Shown here piece by piece: positions 8,666 to 18,004 of a DNA stretch of 37,456 bases (position 1 is its first letter; the number at the start of each line of letters is the position of its first letter). The stretch is taken from assembly GCA_041288095.1 (NCBI GenBank), contig JBGGMJ010000209.1:1-37456 (forward strand), read 5' to 3'. The notes under the pieces were generated by a model that saw only the letters and a program-made list of their open reading frames with translations, had not been told where the DNA came from and ran no database searches. Source of the DNA: Myxococcota bacterium. Its GTDB lineage: Bacteria; Myxococcota; XYA12-FULL-58-9; JALHOP01. Both the position numbers and the translations under genes were made by a program.

Positions 8666-9094
8666 ATGGCTCGCAACATCGCTCTCTTGGTCGTCTGTCT
8701 GGTCCTCGGCGTCACCGCGTACGCGCTGGTCGCGTCGTGCTTCGTTGACGTCGACTGCGGCGACCCGGTCCTTTCGAGCCTGAGCCCGGAAGGAACGGAC
8801 TCGCTCGCGGTGTGCCGCAGGCCCATGTTGATTGCCATGCCCGGTCAAGGCAGTGATGCGAGCGGTTGGGTCGTCTTGCGCGACGCACGAGCCTTCATCA
8901 CCGGCATCACCGACGTCTCGATGGTGCAGAACGCGGCGGACCCGGAGTGGTTCGCGGAGCGCGTCGACATGAAGCTCACCGCCTCGTTCCCGCGCAAGCC
9001 GCCGTCCCCCACGGTTCAGGCTTGGCTGACCGATCGTTGCTGGCGCATGCGCGCGGTTCTCGGTCTTACGCCGTCCGACGCGAGCTATCGATGA
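8666..9094 (+). CDS. hypothetical exported or membrane-anchored protein (142 aa)
   Basis: N-terminal hydrophobic helix MARNIALLVVCLVLGVTAYALVAS. The stop overlaps the next start (ATGA 9091-9094). Confidence 0.65.
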   Translation: MARNIALLVVCLVLGVTAYALVASCFVDVDCGDPVLSSLSPEGTDSLAVCRRPMLIAMPGQGSDASGWVVLRDARAFITGITDVSMVQNAADPEWFAERVDMKLTASFPRKPPSPTVQAWLTDRCWRMRAVLGLTPSDASYR

Positions 9095-9753
9095 TCAGCG
9101 CAGACGAGATCCGCGACATCGCGGCGGTGTTCGAGCTGGCCGGCTCGGCGCGTAGTGAAGACGAGCTCGAGCAGCTGACGACCGAGGCCCCAGCCGACAC
9201 GCGCGCCGGGATGTTCTTCGCGTTGCTCAAGAAGCTCGACGGCAGAGACGTGCCCTCCGAGTGCCGCGACATCGGCTTCTTCCGCTTCTTCGTGGTGAAC
9301 GGCCTCTTGCAGGCCCAACGGTTGCGTTTCGATTTGCGCATGTACGCGTTGCGCGCGATCGGCGTGGGCTTGCACGAGTTTGCCGACTACTTCGCGCACC
9401 TCGAGAATCGTTCGAGCGACTCGCTTTACTCCGCCATTGCGCGCGACGAAAAGCGCTACTTCGCCTTCTGTATTGCTCAGCTCATCGAGCTCGGGTTCGA
9501 GATGGACGGGCTGCTCATGACCATGAAAGGTGACGCCTACGACCAAGGCGACGCCCTCGAGCTGCGGCGCCTGCGCGAGGATGGACCGGACGCTTTCGCG
9601 GAGTCATTCCTGTTCGACGCACGGGAGAAGACCCTCTTTGGGGCCGTCTTCAGGCAGGATGAGGCCGGTGCCATCGACGCCTTGCAACGCTACTTCGTGG
9701 ACACGTATGAGGTGCCCTTTCTGCCCGCCCCGGAGATCGCCGCCGATGCGTAA
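9091..9753 (+). CDS. hypothetical protein (220 aa), acidic and helical
   Basis: ATGA coupling with the upstream gene and an 8-nt overlap with the downstream gene. Composition is protein-like from MISADEIRD onward, while the upstream ORF extension is Arg-rich shadow. Confidence 0.75.
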   Translation: MISADEIRDIAAVFELAGSARSEDELEQLTTEAPADTRAGMFFALLKKLDGRDVPSECRDIGFFRFFVVNGLLQAQRLRFDLRMYALRAIGVGLHEFADYFAHLENRSSDSLYSAIARDEKRYFAFCIAQLIELGFEMDGLLMTMKGDAYDQGDALELRRLREDGPDAFAESFLFDAREKTLFGAVFRQDEAGAIDALQRYFVDTYEVPFLPAPEIAADA

Positions 9754-10489
9754 ATTGTACTGGCTCGCCGTTCCCGTCCTCATCCCTGTCGCGGCCGCCA
9801 TCGCCTGCGGCACCGTTAGTGAGCCGCGTCCAGTCGGTCAGGTCGGCAAGAACGCCGACGACCTCGCGCACGCCATGATGCAACGCGTGGACGTCGACGC
9901 CTGGGAGCGCACCAAGGCGGTGACCTGGAACTTCGGCGGCCGGCGCACGCACCTCTGGGATCGTGAGCGCAACTACGACCTCTACAAGCAGGGCGAGCGC
10001 GAGGTGCTCCTGCGCATCTGGGACAAGAGCGGCATTGCTCGCGATAACGGACAAGAGCTGACGGGCGAAGAGGCTCAAAAGGCGTTACAGGAAGCTTGGG
10101 AGAGCTGGGTCAACGACAGCTTCTGGCTGAACGCACCCTCGAAGTGCTTCGACGAGGGTACCGAGCGCTCCATCGTCCGCGCCGACGACGGTGTCGAGCA
10201 TTTGCTCGTCGCCTACAGCAGTGGCGGCGTCACGCCGGGCGATGCGTATCTGTGGAACATGGGCGAAGGGTTGCCCACGTCCTGGAAGATGTGGACGCAT
10301 GTCATCCCCATCGGCGGCGTGAAGACGAGCTGGGACCGCTGGCAGCAGCTAGCGACCGGCGCGTGGATCTCCACCCTGCACGAGTTTCCCACCCGCACCC
10401 TCGAGCTCACCGATGTGCGGGGGTCGACGACGCTAGCCGAGCTGGTTCCGGGGGCCGACCCTTTCGCGGCCCTCGAAGCCACGAACTAG
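9746..10489 (+). CDS. conserved hypothetical lipoprotein (247 aa), Trp-rich
   Basis: Signal MRKLYWLAVPVLIPVAAAIA-C. The blocks WVNDSFWLNAP..CFDEGT, YSSGGVTPGDAYLW and WKMW..VIPIGG resemble a conserved uncharacterised family (recalled, not searched). Confidence 0.75.
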   Translation: MRKLYWLAVPVLIPVAAAIACGTVSEPRPVGQVGKNADDLAHAMMQRVDVDAWERTKAVTWNFGGRRTHLWDRERNYDLYKQGEREVLLRIWDKSGIARDNGQELTGEEAQKALQEAWESWVNDSFWLNAPSKCFDEGTERSIVRADDGVEHLLVAYSSGGVTPGDAYLWNMGEGLPTSWKMWTHVIPIGGVKTSWDRWQQLATGAWISTLHEFPTRTLELTDVRGSTTLAELVPGADPFAALEATN

Positions 10490-10490
10490 G

Positions 10491-11234
10491 CTACTTCTCG
10501 ATCGTCGCGGTGGCCCGCACCGTCTCCATCAACCACGTGTGCTTGTCGGGATACTTGGCGTCGTGACGCGCCTTGAGGCGAACGATCTCCATGGCATCGG
10601 GACGCGCGTTGATCTTCGGAGTCTCGCCCACCTTCGCGTCCGCCGGTACCCAAGCGAACAGAGTCGCGGCGTAGTTTTCGTTGTCGGCGACGTGCCAATA
10701 TTCGCCGTTGAGCTTCATGTCCGCGAAAATAGACTCGAAGGTTTTCGCTGAATCGGCCGCCGCGGCCTTCCTGAACGCTTCAGCGGACGCGCGAGCCTTC
10801 TTCTTCTCGGGCTTCTTGGCGATCTTGTCGAGGAACAAATAGGCGTGGTCGACGGTGATGTAAGGCTCGTCACCGGGCGGCGGCGGCGGCGCCTTGTCGA
10901 AGATACGCGCCTCGAGTTGCGTGCCCTCGTCCATCAGACCCGCCGACTCCGTGGGGGCCGTGATGTCGTGCTTCTTGGCATAGTCGCGCAGCAAGTAGAG
11001 ATCGACGGCGGCGTCGACGGCGTCGGGCGAGTCAGCGGCGACCTGCTTTTCGCCGGCGATGGCGACGATGTCGACTTCGGCAAGCTCGGTGCCGTTCACC
11101 TTGATCACCGGCTTGACCCCAGCGGCGCCGGCGGCATTCGCCGCGGCCTCGCCCGAGCCCGGCGGCGGTTGGACTTTGTTCTTGGCGCAAGCGGCGAGCA
11201 ATACGAGGGCGAATGGAGCAAGGCGTTTGAGCAT
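10491..11234 (-). CDS. lipoprotein, probable degenerate PrsA/SurA-like (parvulin-type) foldase (247 aa)
   Basis: Lipobox VLLAA-C. The elements IKVNGTEL, AVDLYLLRDYAKKHDI, ITVDHAYL, KARASAEAF, TFESIFADM and KVGE...MEIVRL occur in the order expected for PrsA/PpiC proteins. Confidence 0.55.
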   Translation of the reverse strand: MLKRLAPFALVLLAACAKNKVQPPPGSGEAAANAAGAAGVKPVIKVNGTELAEVDIVAIAGEKQVAADSPDAVDAAVDLYLLRDYAKKHDITAPTESAGLMDEGTQLEARIFDKAPPPPPGDEPYITVDHAYLFLDKIAKKPEKKKARASAEAFRKAAAADSAKTFESIFADMKLNGEYWHVADNENYAATLFAWVPADAKVGETPKINARPDAMEIVRLKARHDAKYPDKHTWLMETVRATATIEK

Positions 11235-11323
11235 GGCCCTATTCTTTCGCACGACCGCTGAAGCGACATCAAATGTCACGCCGAGGTTTGTGAACACGCC
11301 GGCCCTGAGCTAAGGCACGCGTC

Positions 11324-12844
11324 GTGATGAACGCCCTCTTCTTGACCGCCTCGTTGCTCGCTGTGGACCCAAGCGTCGCCGACATCCGCGATCGCATCCG
11401 CACGTGGCGCGGCGCCAACGAGGCCGCGATCGTGCGGGAGCTCGCCGAGCTGACCGCCATCCCGAACGTCGCCACTGACACCCCGAACATCCGCAAGAAC
11501 GCCGAGCACCTGCAGCGCATGCTCGAGAAGCGTGGCTTCAAGCCCAAGCTCCTCGAGTCACCCGGCTCGCCCCCGGCCGTGTTCGCCGAGAAACGTTTCC
11601 CGGGCGCCACCAAGACACTGGGTTTGTACGCGCACTATGACGGACAGCCGGTGGTGCTCGCGGACTGGAAGACGGACCCGTGGAAGCCGACCCTGCGCAC
11701 GGGCAAGCTCGACGCCGGCGCCAAGGACGTCCCCATCCCGGAGCGCGGCCCCATCGACCCCAACTGGCGGCTCTACGCGCGCTCGGCGAGCGACGACAAG
11801 GCTCCCATCGTCACCTTGCTCGCGGCTCTCGACGCCCTCGCCGCCAATCAGCGCACGCCCGTGGTCAACCTGGTGCTCTTCCTCGACGGCGAAGAGGAAG
11901 TCGGCTCGCCGCACATGCGCGACATCTTCGAGAAGAACCGCGACATCCTGCGCGCCGATCTGTGGCTGGTGCTCGACGGTCCCGACCACGCCAGCGGCCG
12001 CAAGCAAGTAGCCTTCGGCGCCCGCGGCATGACCGGCGCCGAGCTGACCATCTATGGACCGTCACGAGCGCTCCATAGCGGACACTACGGCAACTGGGCG
12101 CCGAATCCCGGCATGCGCATGGCCTCGCTTCTCGCCAGCATGCGCGATGACGACGGCCGCATCCTCATCGATGGGTTCTCGAAGAGCGTGCGCCCCCTCA
12201 CCAAGAGCGAGCGCGCCGCTATCGCGGACGTGCCGAATCTGGACGACGAGCTGCGCAAGGAGCTCTCGCTGGGCTCCACCGAGGCCGGCAACGCCAAGCT
12301 CATCGAGCGCATTCATCTCCCGGCGCTGAACATCCGCGGCATCTCCTCCGGCCCGAGCTCGAACGCCGCAAACGCCATCGTCACGCAGGCCTGGGCATCG
12401 CTGGACTTCCGCCTGGTGCCGAACCAGACCCCGGACGAGGTGCACCGCCTCGTCGAGAAGCACCTCGAGAAGCGCGGCTACTTCATCGTCCGTGGCGTCC
12501 CCGACGCGGCGACACTGCTCGCCCATCCCAAGGTCATTCGCGTTGCCTGGATCCAAGAAGGCTATCCGTCGCAGCGGACATCGCTCGACGCGCCGTCGTC
12601 CAAGGCGATCATCGCGGTGGTGCGCGCGGCGTCCGATGCGCCGATCGTCGTCATACCGACCCAGGGGGGCAGCTTGCCCGCTCACCTCTTCCCGGAAGTG
12701 CTGAAGACCGACGTCATCTCCGTCCCGACCGTGAACTACGACAACAGCCAGCACGCGGCGAACGAGAACGTGCGCATCGGACATCTCTGGGACGCCATCG
12801 AGATCTTCGGAGTCATGCTCGTTGGGTTGCGTACCGATTGGTAG
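11324..12844 (+). CDS. M20/M25/M40 family metallo-hydrolase (dipeptidase/deacylase-like), probably exported
   Basis: Motifs LYAHYDGQP, ARSASDDKAP, DGEEEVGS, LHSGHYG and QHAANEN. Short hydrophobic N-terminus. Start is GTG 11324 or ATG 11327. Confidence 0.92.
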   Translation: MMNALFLTASLLAVDPSVADIRDRIRTWRGANEAAIVRELAELTAIPNVATDTPNIRKNAEHLQRMLEKRGFKPKLLESPGSPPAVFAEKRFPGATKTLGLYAHYDGQPVVLADWKTDPWKPTLRTGKLDAGAKDVPIPERGPIDPNWRLYARSASDDKAPIVTLLAALDALAANQRTPVVNLVLFLDGEEEVGSPHMRDIFEKNRDILRADLWLVLDGPDHASGRKQVAFGARGMTGAELTIYGPSRALHSGHYGNWAPNPGMRMASLLASMRDDDGRILIDGFSKSVRPLTKSERAAIADVPNLDDELRKELSLGSTEAGNAKLIERIHLPALNIRGISSGPSSNAANAIVTQAWASLDFRLVPNQTPDEVHRLVEKHLEKRGYFIVRGVPDAATLLAHPKVIRVAWIQEGYPSQRTSLDAPSSKAIIAVVRAASDAPIVVIPTQGGSLPAHLFPEVLKTDVISVPTVNYDNSQHAANENVRIGHLWDAIEIFGVMLVGLRTDW

Positions 12845-12853
12845 GACCACGGC

Positions 12854-14011
12854 GTGAGTCGTAGCATCGTCGTCTTGTTGGCCGCCGCGATCGGCTTGCT
12901 CGTGGCGAATCTGTATTACGCACAACCGCTCATCGCCGTCATCGCGCCGTCGCTGGGCATCGCCCCCGAGGCGGCGGGGCTCGTCGTCACGTTGACTCAA
13001 GTCGGCTACGGCAGCGGCTTGTTGCTCGCTGTGCCGCTATCCGACCTCGTCGAGAACAAGCGTCTGGTCGCGGCGATGATCGGCATAGCGGTCGCGGGCC
13101 TGCTAGGGCTCGCCTTCGTCCAGTCGGCGACCACGTACTTCGTCGCGGCCTACATGACGGGCTTTGGCGCCTCGGCCGTGCAGATCATCGTGCCCTACGC
13201 GGCGCATTTCGTACCTGAAGAGCGGCGCGGCCAAGTGGTCGGGCAGCTCATGAGCGGGCTCATGCTCGGCATCATGTTGTCGCGGCCCATCGCCAGCTTT
13301 CTCACCGATCTGCTTTCGTGGCACGCGGTCTTCGTCGCGTCCGCCGGAGCGTTGGTGCTCCTCGCGATCAGCCTCGCGCTCCTCATGAAGGAGCGAAGAC
13401 CCGCGGCGTCGGCCGTGAGCTATGTCGGCCTCTTACGCTCGATGGGGCGCCTTTTCGCGACGACGGCGATCTTGCGGCAGCGCGCCTTCATTCAAGCGCT
13501 GATCTTTGGCGCCTTCTGCTTGTTTTGGACGGCCGCGCCCCTCTTGCTCGCGGGGCCGTCGTTCGGTCTGTCACAGAGCGGCATCGCCGTCTTCGCGTTG
13601 GTGGGCGTTGCCGGTGCCGTTTCCGCTCCACTGGCGGGCATCGCCGCCGACCGCGGGCGCGCGCATCTCGCGACGACCGTGGGGCTTTTGTGCGGCTCCG
13701 TCGCGTTTGCCATTGCGTACATCACCCCAGGAGCGTCCTCGCTGGGCATCGTCCTGCTGGCGATAGGCGCGATCCTCATCGACGCGGGCGTTTCGGCCAA
13801 CCTCGTGCTCGGGCAACGCGCCATCTTCGCGCTCTCCCCCGAACATCGCGGCCGCCTCAACTCGCTCTACATAGCGACGGCCTTCATCGGCGGCGCCAGC
13901 GGCTCGGCGATCGGTGCGTGGTCGTATGCGACCGGCGGCTGGACGCTCACGGCCGCGATCGGCTTCGCGATGCCGGCGGTAGCGCTGGTATTTCACCGCG
14001 GCCGCGCTTAA
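12854..14011 (+). CDS. MFS transporter (YnfM-like subgroup)
   Basis: About 12 hydrophobic segments. Motifs ANLYYAQPL, TQVGYGSGLL..VPLSD, GLMLGIMLSRP and RGRLNSLY. Confidence 0.92.
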   Translation: MSRSIVVLLAAAIGLLVANLYYAQPLIAVIAPSLGIAPEAAGLVVTLTQVGYGSGLLLAVPLSDLVENKRLVAAMIGIAVAGLLGLAFVQSATTYFVAAYMTGFGASAVQIIVPYAAHFVPEERRGQVVGQLMSGLMLGIMLSRPIASFLTDLLSWHAVFVASAGALVLLAISLALLMKERRPAASAVSYVGLLRSMGRLFATTAILRQRAFIQALIFGAFCLFWTAAPLLLAGPSFGLSQSGIAVFALVGVAGAVSAPLAGIAADRGRAHLATTVGLLCGSVAFAIAYITPGASSLGIVLLAIGAILIDAGVSANLVLGQRAIFALSPEHRGRLNSLYIATAFIGGASGSAIGAWSYATGGWTLTAAIGFAMPAVALVFHRGRA

Positions 14012-14021
14012 TTGTTGGCGC

Positions 14022-15023
14022 ATGCGCGTCTGGCCCGTCGTGCTGCGGTGCGTAGCTACTCTGGTCGTCGTCGCGAGCTTCGCCTGGGTCGCGATGGCGC
14101 TCGCCTACCAGCTGCCTGGGGGCACGCTCGGCAAGAGCCTCGGCATCGTCGTCTGGTCGGCGATCGGTGTCTTCGCCCTCGTGCTCATGTGGCGAGGGCG
14201 CGCGGGCAGGTCGGCGGTGGTGGCGCTCGCCGCCCTCGCGCTCTTCGGGCTGTGGTGGCGCGGCATCGCCCCTTCCGACACGCGTGATTGGGCCGATGAC
14301 GTGGCCAAACACGTCGAAAGCAAGGTCGATGGCGACATCGTCACGCTGACCAACGTCCGCAACTTCGCCTGGACACACGACCACCACTACGACGCGCGCT
14401 GGGAAACACGGCGCTACGACCTTCGCTTGCTGCGGTCGGTCGACGTCATCTGCTCGTATTGGATGGGACCCGCTATCGCGCACACCCTGGTTTCTTTTGG
14501 CTTCGACGATGGGCAGTTCGTCACCTTCTCGATCGAGATCCGCAAGGAGCGGGACGAGACCTTCTCGGCCATTGGTGGCTTCTTCAAGATGTTCGAGACG
14601 ACACTCATCGCGGCCGATGAGCGCGACATACTTTGGGTGCGCACCAACGCGCGCGAGGAGCAGGTCTACGTCTACCGCATCGCCAACATCGGGCGGGATG
14701 AGATGCGCGCCTTGTTCATGGGTTATCTCGACGAAGGGCGCGAGCTGGTCGAAGCGCCGCGCTGGTACCACACCGTTACCGGCAACTGCACGACGATGGT
14801 TTACGACATCGCGCGCGTGGTCGTGAGGGCGCTCCCGCTCGACTACCGCCTGCTCGTTTCGGGCTACCTGCCCGAGTACCTCTACGACTATGGCGCGTTG
14901 ACACCCGGCGTCGATCTCGAGACCTTACGCGCTCGAGGTCGCATCAACGAGCGAGCCCTCGCCGCCGATCAGGATCCGGCGTTCTCGGCTCGCATCCGCG
15001 AAGGCATACCAGGGGCTCCATGA
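14022..15023 (+). CDS. DUF4105 (Lnb N-terminal-like) domain membrane protein
   Basis: Three N-terminal TM helices, then NVRNF, IAHTLVSFGF, SIEIRKE, ADERD and YHTVTGNCTT (His/Cys dyad pattern). Confidence 0.88.
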   Translation: MRVWPVVLRCVATLVVVASFAWVAMALAYQLPGGTLGKSLGIVVWSAIGVFALVLMWRGRAGRSAVVALAALALFGLWWRGIAPSDTRDWADDVAKHVESKVDGDIVTLTNVRNFAWTHDHHYDARWETRRYDLRLLRSVDVICSYWMGPAIAHTLVSFGFDDGQFVTFSIEIRKERDETFSAIGGFFKMFETTLIAADERDILWVRTNAREEQVYVYRIANIGRDEMRALFMGYLDEGRELVEAPRWYHTVTGNCTTMVYDIARVVVRALPLDYRLLVSGYLPEYLYDYGALTPGVDLETLRARGRINERALAADQDPAFSARIREGIPGAP

Positions 15024-15367
15024 TCTTTCTCCACTACTCTACCTGCGGCACCTGCAAGAAGGCGCGCGCCTGGTTGCGCAACAACGCGATCGCGGTCACC
15101 GAGCGCCCTATCGTAGACGCGCCGCCCAACCAGGCCGAGCTCGCCAGGTGGATTCCCGCGAGCGGTCTGCCCGTTCGCAAGTGGCTCAACACGTCGGGCC
15201 AGTCTTATCGCGCGATGGGCAAGGCGAAGGTCGCCAAGATGAGCGACGCGGAGCTCATCGACGCCTTGTCGCGCGACGGGAAGCTCGTGAAGCGCCCGGT
15301 ACTGGTCGACGGCGGGCGGGTCTTCGTCGGCTTCGACCCTGAAAAGTACGAGAAGCTGAAGAACTGA
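15020..15367 (+). CDS. ArsC/Spx (YffB/YusI-like) family protein
   Basis: Y-x2-CGTCKKA, LNTSGQSYR, LVKRPVL and FVGF. ATGA overlap with the upstream gene. Confidence 0.92.
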   Translation: MIFLHYSTCGTCKKARAWLRNNAIAVTERPIVDAPPNQAELARWIPASGLPVRKWLNTSGQSYRAMGKAKVAKMSDAELIDALSRDGKLVKRPVLVDGGRVFVGFDPEKYEKLKN

Positions 15368-15398
15368 ACGGCGTCGACCGCGGATCGATCGACGCCGT
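15368..15398. terminator. GC-rich hairpin between convergent genes (candidate bidirectional terminator)
   Basis: ACGGCGTCGA (15368-15377) and TCGACGCCGT (15389-15398) form a perfect 10-bp stem with an 11-nt loop. There is no strong U-tract. Confidence 0.5.
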
Positions 15399-15409
15399 CC
15401 GTTTCGAAC

Positions 15410-16414
15410 CTACTGAACCGAGTAAACTTCGACGCTGTTGTTCATGAAGCGCGGCACCAAGATGCGGTTGCGCTTGCTGTCGAAGCCGATGTCCGCCGAA
15501 GCGGCGATCTGCTCGAGGACCGGGGTGAACTCACCACCGAGCGTGCCCTTCATGACGCCGCCGAGCTCCCAGCTCGAGATCATGATCCCGTTGGGGGTGG
15601 AGACGATGCCGTCGAGACCGCCCTTGGGCAGCTTCTGCGTGTCGCCCCTGGCGCCGGGCTTGGCCGCGTCGAGGGAGTAGAGCTCGCCCGACAACATACT
15701 GACGACCCAGAGCTTGTTGTCGACGACCACGAGGCCGTTCGGACCACCGAGGTCGGTCGACTTCGAGAGCGGGATCACCTTCTTGGCCTTGTTGATCAAG
15801 TAGACCGCGTCGGTCCCGGTGGGCGTGGCCTTGCCGTCCGCGAACGTGATCGCGATATCGGACACGAAGACGCGACCGTCGGGCGAGGTGGTGATGTCAC
15901 CGAGGAAGGTCGAGCCCTTCACCTTGATCTCACCCTTGGCGGCGCCGGTCTTGCGGTTGAACATGCGCACGGTGTCGATGTCGGCGACGTAAAGCGTGTC
16001 GGCGACGATGCCCATGCCTTTCGGAGCGTCGAGCTTGAGCTTGCCCTTGCCACCCTCGATCCACTTCATCGCGATGACGGCGCCGTCCGGACCGAGCTTC
16101 GAAATGAAGCCGTTGTTGTCCTTCGCGCCCGGCTCACCGTTGATGTTGCTCACGAGGTAGCAGTCTTCCTTCTCGTCGTAGAGCACCGACTCCGGCACGG
16201 ACATGTCCTTGTAAGCCACGACGGGCTCGGGCGCCGGCGGAGGAGGAGGAGGGGTCGGCTCGGCGGCGACAGCGGCAGCGCCTGCTTCACCCGCGGCGGC
16301 GGTGGTGCCCTCGGACGCGGCCTCGGAGGCGGAAGCGACAGGAGGCTGATTCTTGTTCTTGGCGCAAGCGGCGAGGCCAATGGCCAGGAGCGCGGTGGCT
16401 ACTAGACGATTCAT
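15410..16414 (-). CDS. SMP-30/gluconolactonase/LRE-like beta-propeller lipoprotein (334 aa)
   Basis: Lipobox IGLAA-C and an Ala/Pro tether. Motifs PESVLYD, VSNING...DNNGFISKL, APKGMGI, LYVADID, GPNGL, GLDGI and ADIGFD. Confidence 0.85.
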   Translation of the reverse strand: MNRLVATALLAIGLAACAKNKNQPPVASASEAASEGTTAAAGEAGAAAVAAEPTPPPPPPAPEPVVAYKDMSVPESVLYDEKEDCYLVSNINGEPGAKDNNGFISKLGPDGAVIAMKWIEGGKGKLKLDAPKGMGIVADTLYVADIDTVRMFNRKTGAAKGEIKVKGSTFLGDITTSPDGRVFVSDIAITFADGKATPTGTDAVYLINKAKKVIPLSKSTDLGGPNGLVVVDNKLWVVSMLSGELYSLDAAKPGARGDTQKLPKGGLDGIVSTPNGIMISSWELGGVMKGTLGGEFTPVLEQIAASADIGFDSKRNRILVPRFMNNSVEVYSVQ

Positions 16415-16521
16415 GGTTATCCCTTGGTAGAGGTTCGGCGGAAGCATTACCGGAGCAGGGCAGGTGGACGCTACCATTACGGCTTGCCGCGCTCGGGCAT
16501 TGACGGATAGAGGGCTTTGCC

Positions 16522-17928
16522 ATGGGCGCGCTCGCTATCGCAGTCACCCCGTTCTTCTTCTGGGGCTTCGTCGCCGCTTCGAACGGCATTTTCATTCCCT
16601 TCTGCAAGAGTCACTTCGAGCTCTCGCAGTTCGAATCACAGCTCGTCGGCTCCGCGTTTTACGGCGCCTATTTCGTGAGCTCGCTGATCCTCTACTCCAT
16701 CGCCAGCGCGACGGGCCGCGACCTCTTTGGCCGCTTCGGTTACAAGCGCATGATCGTCTACGGCTTGGGCATCTCGGCCGTGGGCGCCTTGCTCATCGTC
16801 GCCGCCGCGAACAGCGCCAGCTTCCCGTTCATCTTGCTGGCGTATTTCGTGGTGGCGCTCGGCTTCGGCGTCCAGCAAACGGGCGCGCAACCATTCATGG
16901 TCGGCCTAGGGCCCATCGAGAGCGGCGCCCATCGCTTGAGCTTCGCGGGCGGCGTCAACTCGTTCGGCACCGTCGTCGGCCCCATCGTCCTGTCGTTCGT
17001 CCTCTTCGGCACGCCGAAAGGCACGCCCGATGTCGCGAGCATCGGTAGCATCCGCATGCTCTACTGCGTCGTCGCCGGGATCTTCCTGCTCGTCGCCGCG
17101 TTCCTCTTCTTCTCGTCGCTCCCCGAGCAAAAAGACGACACGCCAATCGAGCGTGGTTGGGGCGCGCTCCAGAAGCCGCAAGTGCTGCTCGCTGCGCTCG
17201 GCATCTTCTTCTACGTCGGCGTCGAAGTCACCGTCGACAACAACCTCGGTGCGCTATTGAAGACCCCCGGCTACCTCACGCCGGAGGGCCTCGCCGAGCA
17301 TCAGATCTCGAAGTACATCTCGCTCTACTGGGGCAGCTTGATGATCGGCCGCTGGGCAGGGGCGGTCGCGGTGTTCAACCTGACCGGCGTGAAGCGCACT
17401 CTGGCCACCATCGTCGCGCCCTTCATCGCTTTCGCGCTCGTGCTCGGCGTGAATCGCTTCTACGGCAACGACGTCTCCGACCTCATCGCCTACGCGGGTT
17501 GCGTCGCGGTGCTCGTGGCCGCGTTCATGTTCGGTCAGGAGCGGCCCATCAAGACGCTGCTCGCCGTGAGCACTCTCGCGACCATCTCCGCCAGCATCGG
17601 CGTCGCCACCACCGGCATCGTGTCCATCTACGCGTTCATGGCGACAGGCCTGTTCTGCTCGGTCATGTGGCCGTGCATCTTCGCGCTCGGCGTCACCGGC
17701 GTTGGTCCGCTCAAGGGGCAGGCATCGTCGGCGCTCGTCATGATGATCCTCGGTGGCGCGGTCATTCCGCCCATCCAGGGAGCCGTCGGTGATGCGCTCG
17801 GTGACATGCGCCTGTCGTATTTGGTGGCGGTGGCGTGCTTCGCGACCCTCATCGGGCTGACGCTGCTCATCCGCCGCTCGCTCAAGGCGCAGAACATCGA
17901 TCTCGACCAGGCGATCGAAGCGCACTGA
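16522..17928 (+). CDS. sugar MFS transporter, FucP/GluP (fucose/glucose-galactose) family
   Basis: Motifs FFFWGF, AFYGAYF, GYK..IVYGL, NSFGT..GP, IFFYVGVEV, SLYWGSLMIGRW, SVMWPCIF.L and MMILGGAVIPPIQG. Confidence 0.92.
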   Translation: MGALAIAVTPFFFWGFVAASNGIFIPFCKSHFELSQFESQLVGSAFYGAYFVSSLILYSIASATGRDLFGRFGYKRMIVYGLGISAVGALLIVAAANSASFPFILLAYFVVALGFGVQQTGAQPFMVGLGPIESGAHRLSFAGGVNSFGTVVGPIVLSFVLFGTPKGTPDVASIGSIRMLYCVVAGIFLLVAAFLFFSSLPEQKDDTPIERGWGALQKPQVLLAALGIFFYVGVEVTVDNNLGALLKTPGYLTPEGLAEHQISKYISLYWGSLMIGRWAGAVAVFNLTGVKRTLATIVAPFIAFALVLGVNRFYGNDVSDLIAYAGCVAVLVAAFMFGQERPIKTLLAVSTLATISASIGVATTGIVSIYAFMATGLFCSVMWPCIFALGVTGVGPLKGQASSALVMMILGGAVIPPIQGAVGDALGDMRLSYLVAVACFATLIGLTLLIRRSLKAQNIDLDQAIEAH

Positions 17929-18004
17929 ACCTCCGAGGGCCGCGAGGAAGTTCTAGGATCGTGCAACCACGGTGACCCCCGCGAGCACGCGGTCAGTCCG
18001 CGGT

